Virus record (IMG/VR): IMGVR_UViG_3300048599_000797 | Source: an uncultured virus (IMG/VR IMGVR_UViG_3300048599_000797) | Taxonomy: Duplodnaviria > Heunggongvirae > Uroviricota > Caudoviricetes | DNA length: 64,000 nt | Direction: 5' to 3' (one strand) | Shown here: one piece after another, positions 36,055 through 44,326 of the stretch | Numbering within the stretch: the stretch's first letter is position 1 | Layout: each line of letters opens with the position of its first letter | Notes under the pieces: generated by a model | The model's database searches: none | The model's input: only the letters and a program-made list of their open reading frames with translations | Told to the model about the DNA's origin: nothing | Made by a program: the position numbers and the translations under genes

Positions 36055-36305
36055 GCCCAATCTGGATTATCTTAGGCTGTCTTTCGGTCGGCGTGAACGT
36101 GGTGCTGGCAATCGTAGCCCTCACCCAGTGCGACGACGTGGAACGAGCCAACCGCATTCGTGACAAGGCTCGCCGGGAAGCCGACAAGGCGAGGAAAGAC
36201 GCCGCCCTAGCCCGCTCTGAGCTCGCGGACGCCCACGCCGGCCGGGTGTTCTACAAGGAGCTGATCCATAAGATCCACCATTTGATCAATGGGGATGATC
36301 CGTGA
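36051..36305 (+). CDS. Small membrane-anchored protein
   Basis: ATGA coupling; N-terminal TM. Confidence 0.55.
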   Translation: MSPIWIILGCLSVGVNVVLAIVALTQCDDVERANRIRDKARREADKARKDAALARSELADAHAGRVFYKELIHKIHHLINGDDP

Positions 36306-36799
36306 ATCAACCCAACTGCCTGTTCGGCATGCAGATCCTCGCCTGCGACTGGGCCGCCGACACGGTGTGGACCCAGGTCCGCTTCCCGCGTTCGAAGAAG
36401 CGACGGATCCGCAGGAAGTGGGCCAAGGACCGGCGGAACTACCGGGCCGTGACCACGCCCTGGGAACACGCCTACGTCATTGAGGGCAAGACGATCGTCA
36501 TGCACCCGAGGATGGTCGCCAAGCTGGAGCAGGCCTCCCGCGAGTTCCAGCAGGCCACCTGCGACCGGATCGGCCGCGAGATCGCGGCGCGGACCAACGA
36601 GCCGTCGCCGTTCTTCGCCGCGCTGCCCACGCTCCAGGCACCGCTCAATGCCGCGAGCTCGATCGACGCGTTGGCCGACAAAGTGTTTCGCGACTTGGTG
36701 CGGCTCGCCGGAATTCCGCGGCTGCTGTTGGACGGGAAGGCGAGCTACTCGAGTTACTATTCGCTGCCCCGCTATCCACCCACCACGCTGCTGCTTTGA
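36302..36799 (+). CDS. Hypothetical phage protein
   Basis: GTGA coupling; RSKKRRIRRKW...MHP motif. Confidence 0.65.
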   Translation: MNQPNCLFGMQILACDWAADTVWTQVRFPRSKKRRIRRKWAKDRRNYRAVTTPWEHAYVIEGKTIVMHPRMVAKLEQASREFQQATCDRIGREIAARTNEPSPFFAALPTLQAPLNAASSIDALADKVFRDLVRLAGIPRLLLDGKASYSSYYSLPRYPPTTLLL

Positions 36800-36981
36800 T
36801 GCAAGTCTGGCAGGTGTATCTCGAGGTCCGCAGATCGTTCACGTGGCTCGGCCAGGTGGAGGCCTCGACCAAGGAGATCGCCCTCGGCAAGGCTCAGAAG
36901 CTGCCGGGCAGTAACCGCCCACGCCGGCCGGGAACCCGGCTCACGGTGCGCTGCGAGCCTCCCCCGGTAGTCATTCGATAA
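36799..36981 (+). CDS. Hypothetical protein
   Basis: TGATG coupling. Confidence 0.5.
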   Translation: MQVWQVYLEVRRSFTWLGQVEASTKEIALGKAQKLPGSNRPRRPGTRLTVRCEPPPVVIR

Positions 36982-36994
36982 GAGGATCGCCAGC

Positions 36995-37285
36995 ATGCCC
37001 CAGGAAACGCACTCCATCCCTGAGTGGATCGAACTCCTGGTGAAGGACATGCGGACCGTCGACGACAAGGTCGACGAGATCGTCGCGTGGGTTCACCGAC
37101 TGGAGAAACGCCTCGAGGAGCTCGAGCAACCTAGGGTCGGCCTGGTCATGCGCGAGCGGATCCTTAACAGCAATGTGCCGGTGCGGCTCATCGATCTGCT
37201 GCCGCCCATGGAGGGCATCAAGACCGTGCCGCAGCCCCACGTCACGCAGGAGCTCGTCGGCGTGTTCTGGGAGGGGCCGGGCTAG
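36995..37285 (+). CDS. Hypothetical protein
   Basis: GAGG RBS; short coiled coil. Confidence 0.55.
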   Translation: MPQETHSIPEWIELLVKDMRTVDDKVDEIVAWVHRLEKRLEELEQPRVGLVMRERILNSNVPVRLIDLLPPMEGIKTVPQPHVTQELVGVFWEGPG

Positions 37286-37355
37286 CCCAAGAAACGGCAA
37301 CGGGCCGACGCTACGACTACGCCAGCCCGCTGCCGCGTTCAAAGCAAGACCGGGG

Positions 37356-40300
37356 TCATGCGTCCTTGGCCGGCTTGGTGACTTTCCCGCCTTCGGTCCA
37401 CCGCTTGAACTGCTCGAGCGTCATAGGCACGATCGACTCGAACCCGTCCCAGCCGGCCGTGTAGTTGTCCTCATAGAGCTCGCGCGACTCCTCGGCCGAC
37501 AGGCACCCGACGACCACCTTGTGCTCGTCGAACTTGCGGCTCTCAGGGTCGACCTGGTTGACGACGAACACCAGCTCGCTCTCGAGGTGCGGGCCGACGA
37601 ACACGTCGAGCTCGTCCTTGTCCTTGCCCTTGATCCCCGCGAAGTAGCCGTAGTCGTGTTTCATCTCGATCGCCCACGGCTCGCCGGCCTTGTTGATCCC
37701 GGTGCGGATCGAGCCCTTGGGGTTCTCGAGCACGATCTCCAGATCCTTCCACTCCACGCGGCCCTTGGCGTAATTGCCGGCATTCTTCTGGGCGTAACTG
37801 GCATCCGTGTCGGTCGCCTCGCGCGCGTCTTGGAGCTCGGCGTGGGTGAGCTCGGACTGATACCGAATCAGGCCCACGCCGGCGAACGCGCGGTTGAACT
37901 GCTCCACCAGGCCGCTCCGCTCGAACCGCAATACCGCGCGACCCTCGCTGTACCTCAGCGAGTAGCGGCCCTTCTGTACTCCATCGCGAAAGCTCTCCAA
38001 AATCTTCTCGAAGTGCGGCGCCATCGCGTCTGTCTCGGCGTCGTTGGGCCACAGGCCAATTCCTTCCGACCCGCTGGCATTCGGCGCCAATCCGGCCAGG
38101 TAGGTGTTCTTCTGGCCGCGCTTTTCCAGCTTCCGCTGTACAAACCGCTCGAAGCTACGGGCGAACACCTCGCGGCCGGTTCGCCAGTAGTTATTGGCTT
38201 TGTCCTCGGAGATCAGGCCGTCGTTTACGGCCTTCTGTAGCACGCCCCGCAGACGATCGTGGAAACCGCTCTCACGCCAGCTCTGGCGGAGCCCATCGTA
38301 GGCCTGAAACAAGGGCTCGCTGGAGCGATCGATGGTTTTCACTCGCCCCTTCTCATCCAGTTCCACGCCGTGCGGGCCGCGCGGGTCTTTCGCAAACCGT
38401 TTGGCACTGGTTCGCTCTGACTCGTAATCCCCGCTGGAATGCCCGTCCATATCGCCGGAGACCGCGAACCCGGCCAGCGCGTGATCAAAGAAGTGTCCCC
38501 ACTCGTGTGCCAGACTACCCGCTCCGCTGGCCCGCGTGAGGTTGATCACCACACTCCCCGGCTCATAATGCGCGGTGGCGTTGCCCTTGCCCCGTGCGCC
38601 GTAGGCAATCCCCAGCCTGCCCTTCCAGGACACGTATTCCGCGGGCACCCCCAGCACGTCGGACAGATCCGTGAGGGCCTCGGCCGATTTAAGGAGATGG
38701 TGCTCCCGCTCTTCATCGGTTACATAGTTCCCGAACTGTAACCCGCGGAGTTGCATCTTCTCCACAAGGGTCATTTTGGCCGACCGCTGGTCGTGAATTC
38801 CGAGATCCTTGCCCTCGCGGACGGCCTTCTTCACATAGGCCTGGGCCGTATCGAATCGCTTGCGGCTTTCACCCTTCGTGCCAAAGGTTTCGTTCAAGCT
38901 TCGGCCTTCGATCACATCGCCAGCATGCTGCCCCATGGTCTCGTTGAGCGTGTCAGGCGACCAGTCCTCTTCCTCCAGTCCATACTTGTCCTTGAACGCC
39001 CGCGAAAAGTCCTCCAGCCGGTTCTTGATGGCCTTCGTTCCGAACCGCGATCGGACGCCCTGCAGGGCCTTGTGCAGCCCCACCAGGCTATTCGCCGTGT
39101 CGTTGAAGCGGTCGCTCGCGGTGACCTGATCCATGTATTCCGCGCCCTTCTGGCCGCGGTACTTGCGGATCAGCTCGCTCACCTTGTCGTCAAGCCTGTG
39201 GCAGGCCTCGTACGCATCGACGTCGCTGGCGGCCAGACCCTCAGCCGCCGTCTTGACTTCGCGGTAGGCATCAAGGTACTGCTGGCGGTTTTTCTTCTGC
39301 TCCTCTTCGCTGGGCGAGCCTCGCCGCTTGGCGTACCCGGGCTTGGCCGGGAACACCCGCAGCGCCTGGTGCATGGCCAGCGCAGTCAGGGGGTTATGCG
39401 CCACGTGGAGCATCAGCTTATGCGGCTCGTTTTTGAGCAGCATCTCGCGGGTTACCAACTCAGCCGCGGTCCCCTCGCGCTCTGCGTCGTCGAGTCCCTT
39501 CCATGCGTTGGCCTTGTGCCGCGCGGATCCGAGGAGATCCTGTCCGACGTTGGAAACCTTGCTCTTCCGGGCAAAGGCGTATTGCTCGTCGGTATCGCGC
39601 TTCGTTTGCCGTGCTGCCTGTTCGCGGGGAGTTTCGGACGGAATCTCAGGGGCCGTGCTGGGCGTCTCGAGAGTCGCGTTCTCTTCGGGGGACTGCGGAT
39701 CGGAGATGGGCGAAGCGGACGACTGCTCGCCGCGAATCCGCTGCTGCGCAGCGCGGTACTGCGGCAGCCAGGCCTCGATCGGGCGCGGCTCGAGGTGCCC
39801 CTTGACGAATTCCCGATAGTCCTCGTAGGCCGCTTGTTCTTCGGCGGTGGTCTGGCCGCCATCCTTTTCCGCGAACTTTCCATCCGCTTCACGCGGGTGC
39901 CGGTCTTCGTCCCAGTCCACCTTCTGGTAGCGCTCCGGCCGGTACTGACGGGCAAAGCGCTCCACGAGTTCGGGATCCTCCCGGGAATACCGCACTGAAG
40001 GACCGTCCCCCTCTTTGGGTGGATTGAGTTTCTCACCGCTTCGGCCGATACTTCCTGTAGAAAGCCCGGGGGTACGAGGTGCGGCTGAGCCTGGCTCGGC
40101 GGCCTCCTTTGGCCCGGGCTTTCTGATTTCCTGGATGTCTTCGATCGTGTACAGCGAGGCCCCTGCCCGCTCGTTCTTCTTCTCGCCCACGACCAGCACC
40201 AGTTCGGTCGGCCGGCCTGCCAGTTCTGCTTCGGCGTGGAAATACAACCACCGATCAAACCTGGGGGCTGCCGTGTTGTGGTCTGGCGCGTCGTGCAAAT

Positions 40301-42857
40301 AGGCTGCCTGGCGGAGCATCTCGGGCAGAGCTGGAAGCAGTTGGAGCCGGCGGATGTCTCCACTGTGGCTGATCAGCTCATCGATCCCCTGTCGTGATAC
40401 GGTGATGTGGATTGCCGTCTCTTCGTTCGGCAGCGGGCGGCGGAGGTTCTGTTGCCAATACGCAAATGCTCCCTTCCGAATCTCCGCCTTGGATTGGCCT
40501 AATTCGTTCCCGGAGAGCTTGGGCATGGACGGCTGCTCGCCATCCCGACGCAAACGCTTCCAACGATGATTGGCGTTGAGCTCATAGGTCCGGCCCGCCA
40601 CGCTCTTTATCTCTCCCACGCTGTGCTCTGCCGAGTACAAACGTCGTTCGCTCGGTTCCGGCGTCTCGGGCCGTTTCTGCGATTTGGTGCCCGCCACGCT
40701 GGCCACGGTCTTGCCCAGACCCTTGAGTGCATCCACCGGGCCCGGGCCCTTGGGGCGCGGCTCGGGCGTCGACGGCGGCGCCGGCGGTGCCATGGGAGGT
40801 GGCGCCGGGGCTTTGGGGGCGTCTGCCTGGCGGCCGCTGTCGATCCCCGAATTGATATCACGCTGCGGTTGGCCGGGCAGGGCGTATTGCTCGATCCGCT
40901 CCCGTTTGCCTGTGGCGCCGAGGTCGACCATCAGGTAGTAGTCGGGGTTCTCTCGCAAGTGATCGGCCGCGATGCGGGCCGCCTGGGCGATGTCGTCGCC
41001 ATGCTCGAGCTCCACCAGCACGCCCTTCAGAAACTGCTGCCGCTCGACCTTGGCGCCGCTCTCCGCTTCGTACGTGCGGACCTTCACCCGCTCAGAGTTC
41101 TCGGGAAAAGGGTTGGGGGTGACCGCGAACTGTGGTTCGCCCTCCTGTCCCGAGGCGGCCGCCTGCGGTTGCGGTTGCTGTTGTGGCAGTTGCGCGGCCT
41201 GCGGCGTCTCGGGCAGCATCAGCCCCCGGTTGCGCAGGATCTCCTCCATCTGCACCGCGGTCAGCTTCTGCTGCAGCTCGTCGACCGTGAGCAGGGGGCC
41301 CGTGCCGCGGACCTGGGCCCGCGTGGCGGCCTTCTCCTGGGCCACCTGGCGTTGCTGCTGGGCCTCGGCCTGCGCCTGCTGTTGCTGCGCCTGCTGCAAT
41401 TGCTGCTTGGCCTGTTCGACCATCGGGTTCACCAGCACCTCGTCGCTGGCCTCCGGCGCGGTGGCGCCGATCATCGCCATCACGTCGGTTTCCTTGAGCT
41501 TGCAGCCCATCTCGTACGCCTGCCGCCACGCGTTGAGCTTGCTCTCCACGTCCGGCGACTCGGTCTGCGTCACGAACTGCACGTGGACGTTTCGGGCCCA
41601 CGGGAAATTCTTCTCCTTCAAGGGATCGACGATGTCGGTGGTGATCGTCTCGTCGAGATTCTTCGCGTCGTACCGCACGATCTGCAGGTACGTGTCGAGA
41701 TGAATCGACGCGAGGTTCGACCCCAAACCCGTGGAGGCGGCCTCGGTGGTCAGCGTCTGGCCGAGGATGTAGCGTTTGATCTGGTGGCCAAACAGGTCGG
41801 TGATGATCGTCTTCAGCGTCTCAGCGCCGGCCATCCCCGTCTCGAGCTTCTCCACGCCATAGGCCTGGCTCGTGGCGTTGAGCGGACGCGGCACGAGGAT
41901 CACGTTCCGCCCGCCGCCGATCCGCTCCTCAGCCGCGGTGCGCATTTCCTTTTCGGCCTTGGCAGAGCCCCACGGGTAATACCAGATCTCCAACCCGAAC
42001 GCGGACCGCTCCAGAAACTCCATCAGCCAGGCCAGGGCCTCACGGGCCTGGTACCAGGTCCAGTAGATCCGGTGGCGAATCCCCACGCCGTGGATCCGGC
42101 CGGCGGACCACACGTCTTCGTACTCCCCGTCTTCAATGCGGTGCGTGTGCACCGCCATCAGCTTTCGCTCGTAGCCCTCCAGAAAATACGCCATGCCGCA
42201 GTCGGTCGGCTGCACCCGATTGGGGTCGAGGTTCTTGTTCATCATCCAGGTCGGGCCCACGCGGATCCCGATCTGATCGGGGTCGTAGTCGCCCGATCCA
42301 TCGTCCAACCGGAACACCAGCTTGTCGCCATGCACCGGGCGCCAGCGATCGATGGCCACGCACTTCTTGCCGCCGATCCACTTCCACCGGTAACGCATCG
42401 ACACGCCGTATTTGCCGTACCACAGCGCCTCCTGCAGACTCTCCCGCAACTGGTGAAAGCGCTTGGTGCGCTCGAGGATCCGCGTCAGGTCGTCGCAGAG
42501 CTGCTGCTGCCGCTGGTCTTTTTCGTCCTCGGGGACCAGGTGCCAGTCCAACAGGCACACGCTCCGCTGGCGATGCTCGAGGCATTCCATGATCGCCAGG
42601 TCATTCCGCATGTACCTGGCGTTCTCACGCGAGGCGAGCAGGGCCTGGTCGCTCGGCCGGTAGACCTTCGAGATGGAGCTCATCAGGCCCTGGAACGAGA
42701 TCACGTGCGGGATCACGTCCTCACCGAAATTCGGCGGCATCCCCGGCACGTCCAGCGCCGGATCGTGGTAGTTGAGCCGGGCTTTGTTCTCCAGGCCCTT
42801 GAGGAAATTGGCGGGCTGGGACGCGGGATCGATCGACGGGCTAACGCCGGTGGACAT
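37356..42857 (-). CDS. Portal (DUF935/Mu gp29-like) fused to polyvalent cargo domains (DUF5661-like, LPD3-like, zincin/LPD1-like, inorganic-PPase-like)
   Basis: Portal ALWYG and ILGQTLTT; VELEH...ADHLRENPDYY; QFGNY...AHYEP...INLT...SLAHEWGHFFDH; YW....EVFARSFE; ENPKGS.R...DYGY...DELDVFVG...FDEHKV. Confidence 0.85.
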   Translation of the reverse strand: MSTGVSPSIDPASQPANFLKGLENKARLNYHDPALDVPGMPPNFGEDVIPHVISFQGLMSSISKVYRPSDQALLASRENARYMRNDLAIMECLEHRQRSVCLLDWHLVPEDEKDQRQQQLCDDLTRILERTKRFHQLRESLQEALWYGKYGVSMRYRWKWIGGKKCVAIDRWRPVHGDKLVFRLDDGSGDYDPDQIGIRVGPTWMMNKNLDPNRVQPTDCGMAYFLEGYERKLMAVHTHRIEDGEYEDVWSAGRIHGVGIRHRIYWTWYQAREALAWLMEFLERSAFGLEIWYYPWGSAKAEKEMRTAAEERIGGGRNVILVPRPLNATSQAYGVEKLETGMAGAETLKTIITDLFGHQIKRYILGQTLTTEAASTGLGSNLASIHLDTYLQIVRYDAKNLDETITTDIVDPLKEKNFPWARNVHVQFVTQTESPDVESKLNAWRQAYEMGCKLKETDVMAMIGATAPEASDEVLVNPMVEQAKQQLQQAQQQQAQAEAQQQRQVAQEKAATRAQVRGTGPLLTVDELQQKLTAVQMEEILRNRGLMLPETPQAAQLPQQQPQPQAAASGQEGEPQFAVTPNPFPENSERVKVRTYEAESGAKVERQQFLKGVLVELEHGDDIAQAARIAADHLRENPDYYLMVDLGATGKRERIEQYALPGQPQRDINSGIDSGRQADAPKAPAPPPMAPPAPPSTPEPRPKGPGPVDALKGLGKTVASVAGTKSQKRPETPEPSERRLYSAEHSVGEIKSVAGRTYELNANHRWKRLRRDGEQPSMPKLSGNELGQSKAEIRKGAFAYWQQNLRRPLPNEETAIHITVSRQGIDELISHSGDIRRLQLLPALPEMLRQAAYLHDAPDHNTAAPRFDRWLYFHAEAELAGRPTELVLVVGEKKNERAGASLYTIEDIQEIRKPGPKEAAEPGSAAPRTPGLSTGSIGRSGEKLNPPKEGDGPSVRYSREDPELVERFARQYRPERYQKVDWDEDRHPREADGKFAEKDGGQTTAEEQAAYEDYREFVKGHLEPRPIEAWLPQYRAAQQRIRGEQSSASPISDPQSPEENATLETPSTAPEIPSETPREQAARQTKRDTDEQYAFARKSKVSNVGQDLLGSARHKANAWKGLDDAEREGTAAELVTREMLLKNEPHKLMLHVAHNPLTALAMHQALRVFPAKPGYAKRRGSPSEEEQKKNRQQYLDAYREVKTAAEGLAASDVDAYEACHRLDDKVSELIRKYRGQKGAEYMDQVTASDRFNDTANSLVGLHKALQGVRSRFGTKAIKNRLEDFSRAFKDKYGLEEEDWSPDTLNETMGQHAGDVIEGRSLNETFGTKGESRKRFDTAQAYVKKAVREGKDLGIHDQRSAKMTLVEKMQLRGLQFGNYVTDEEREHHLLKSAEALTDLSDVLGVPAEYVSWKGRLGIAYGARGKGNATAHYEPGSVVINLTRASGAGSLAHEWGHFFDHALAGFAVSGDMDGHSSGDYESERTSAKRFAKDPRGPHGVELDEKGRVKTIDRSSEPLFQAYDGLRQSWRESGFHDRLRGVLQKAVNDGLISEDKANNYWRTGREVFARSFERFVQRKLEKRGQKNTYLAGLAPNASGSEGIGLWPNDAETDAMAPHFEKILESFRDGVQKGRYSLRYSEGRAVLRFERSGLVEQFNRAFAGVGLIRYQSELTHAELQDAREATDTDASYAQKNAGNYAKGRVEWKDLEIVLENPKGSIRTGINKAGEPWAIEMKHDYGYFAGIKGKDKDELDVFVGPHLESELVFVVNQVDPESRKFDEHKVVVGCLSAEESRELYEDNYTAGWDGFESIVPMTLEQFKRWTEGGKVTKPAKDA

Positions 42858-42869
42858 GGTGAACCTCCG

Positions 42870-44075
42870 TTATCCGCCGGGGCCAGTGGTCCCGCGGGTG
42901 CTGAGAGTCCGCGCCACGTTGATGTCGGGCGCGGGCGCGACCGGCAAGACCGAGGTCAGCCGGCGCTGGGATTGAGTCCAGATCGTGCGCGGCTTGAACC
43001 ACTCGCCGACCTGGCCCTTGTATTGCGGGTCACCGGTGACGGTGTAACCCTCGCCGTAGATCGCCTTGCGCGGCACGTAATCGCCGGTGACGCCTACAAG
43101 CTGGTAGTCGTACTGGTGCCCGCTCCACGTGCCTTGGATGCGGATGTGGCGCCAGAGCCATTCGCCCTTGCTCTCCGTGAGCAGGAGCGACTCAAACAGG
43201 TTCTCGGGGACGTCCGAGTAGCGGTACAGCGGCCCGGGGACGTGCGGCGGGATCTGCCCTTCAGCCAGGCCCTTGCGGGCCGAGGGATCGATGTACCGCA
43301 CGTAGAGCGATTTGCTGACCAGGTCGTAGCCGAACGAGTGCACGTTGCTCGAGGCCACCGCGTCGACCATCTCCCCGGTGACGATGGGGTGCGTGGGCGA
43401 CCATACGCGTTCCTCGCCCTGCAGCGTCTGGCCCACCACCACGTCGCCCTGGGGCGGCACCGGGAACGGCATCCCGGGGACGCGGGCGTTGACCTCGGCG
43501 ATGTCTTCGTCGCGGGCGCCGTGCCCACCGACCTCCACGCCCCGATCGCGGAGGAACGCCAGAGCGGCGCGCGTGGCGCGGGCCATGTCGCCCACGTTGG
43601 CCCGGGGCTTGCCCGGGGGCGGCAGCACCTCGTAGCCATGGGCCCGCAGCAGGCGGATCGCCGACTCCAGGTCGCGATCGAGCGCCGTCTGCCGCCGGCG
43701 GGCGCCCTCCTTGCCGCCGCGGCCGATTCCGCCCACCAGGGCCCACACCAGGTCGCCGGCCGGCCCCATCGAGTGCAGGAAGTCCTGCACCACGGCATGG
43801 CCGGGCCCGCGGGCGTAGCGCTCGATCGAGTGCGTGAAGGTGGCGAAATCCACGCCCCACAGGTCGCGCATCACGGCCCGCGTGTCGCCCGAGCGGGCAA
43901 AGCGCTCGATCGCCCCGCTGACGATCGCCGCGGGCTTGGTGCCGCGGGTGCCGGCCGCCTGGACGTTCCGCACCAGCTTGGCAATCTCGGTCGCGCCCCA
44001 GTCGGCGCGGGCCTGCGAGCGGAACTGGCGCGAGGCCTGGGTGAACAGCGGCGAGTGGGAAAACGGGTCGGGCAT
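42870..44075 (-). CDS. KTSC-domain protein
   Basis: VASSNVHSFGYD....LYVRY...YRYSDVP...F..LL...SKG.W. Confidence 0.75.
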   Translation of the reverse strand: MPDPFSHSPLFTQASRQFRSQARADWGATEIAKLVRNVQAAGTRGTKPAAIVSGAIERFARSGDTRAVMRDLWGVDFATFTHSIERYARGPGHAVVQDFLHSMGPAGDLVWALVGGIGRGGKEGARRRQTALDRDLESAIRLLRAHGYEVLPPPGKPRANVGDMARATRAALAFLRDRGVEVGGHGARDEDIAEVNARVPGMPFPVPPQGDVVVGQTLQGEERVWSPTHPIVTGEMVDAVASSNVHSFGYDLVSKSLYVRYIDPSARKGLAEGQIPPHVPGPLYRYSDVPENLFESLLLTESKGEWLWRHIRIQGTWSGHQYDYQLVGVTGDYVPRKAIYGEGYTVTGDPQYKGQVGEWFKPRTIWTQSQRRLTSVLPVAPAPDINVARTLSTRGTTGPGG

Positions 44076-44081
44076 GCGCCG

Positions 44082-44116
44082 ACGCTAGCCGAAAAAAAAT
44101 TTTCGGCCGAATCGGC
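44082..44116 (-). promoter_or_regulatory. Putative late promoter, leaderless
   Basis: 24/32 identical to 57511-57542; TAGCGT 6 nt before ATG 44075. Confidence 0.55.
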
Positions 44117-44134
44117 GCGGCGCAGCGTGCGCAG

Positions 44135-44197
44135 AAAAAAAGGCACTGGCTTCAGAGTCGCCCGGGGCAGGGAGACGAATCCGCGGCCAGTGCCCAA
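44135..44197 (-). ncRNA. Candidate ~60-nt small RNA or attenuator hairpin
   Basis: Promoter TTGCGT-16-TATACT directly upstream; ggcactggc/gccagtgcc stem plus T7. Confidence 0.45.
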
Positions 44198-44326
44198 GTG
44201 AGCAGTATACCGCTTGCCAAAACTTACGCAAGCGGTAGGATAGGTCTCGACCCACGAGGGGTTTCGGCGTTCTCCAGCGCAGCGCCCGGTTCGGTCATAC
44301 GAACTGGGCGTTGGCGTTTCTTGGGC

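Noticed and set aside
29090..42857. Mu-like transposable phage
   Set aside because: Head genes resemble Mu families, but the tRNA att boundary points to integrase-type insertion and no transposase is visible
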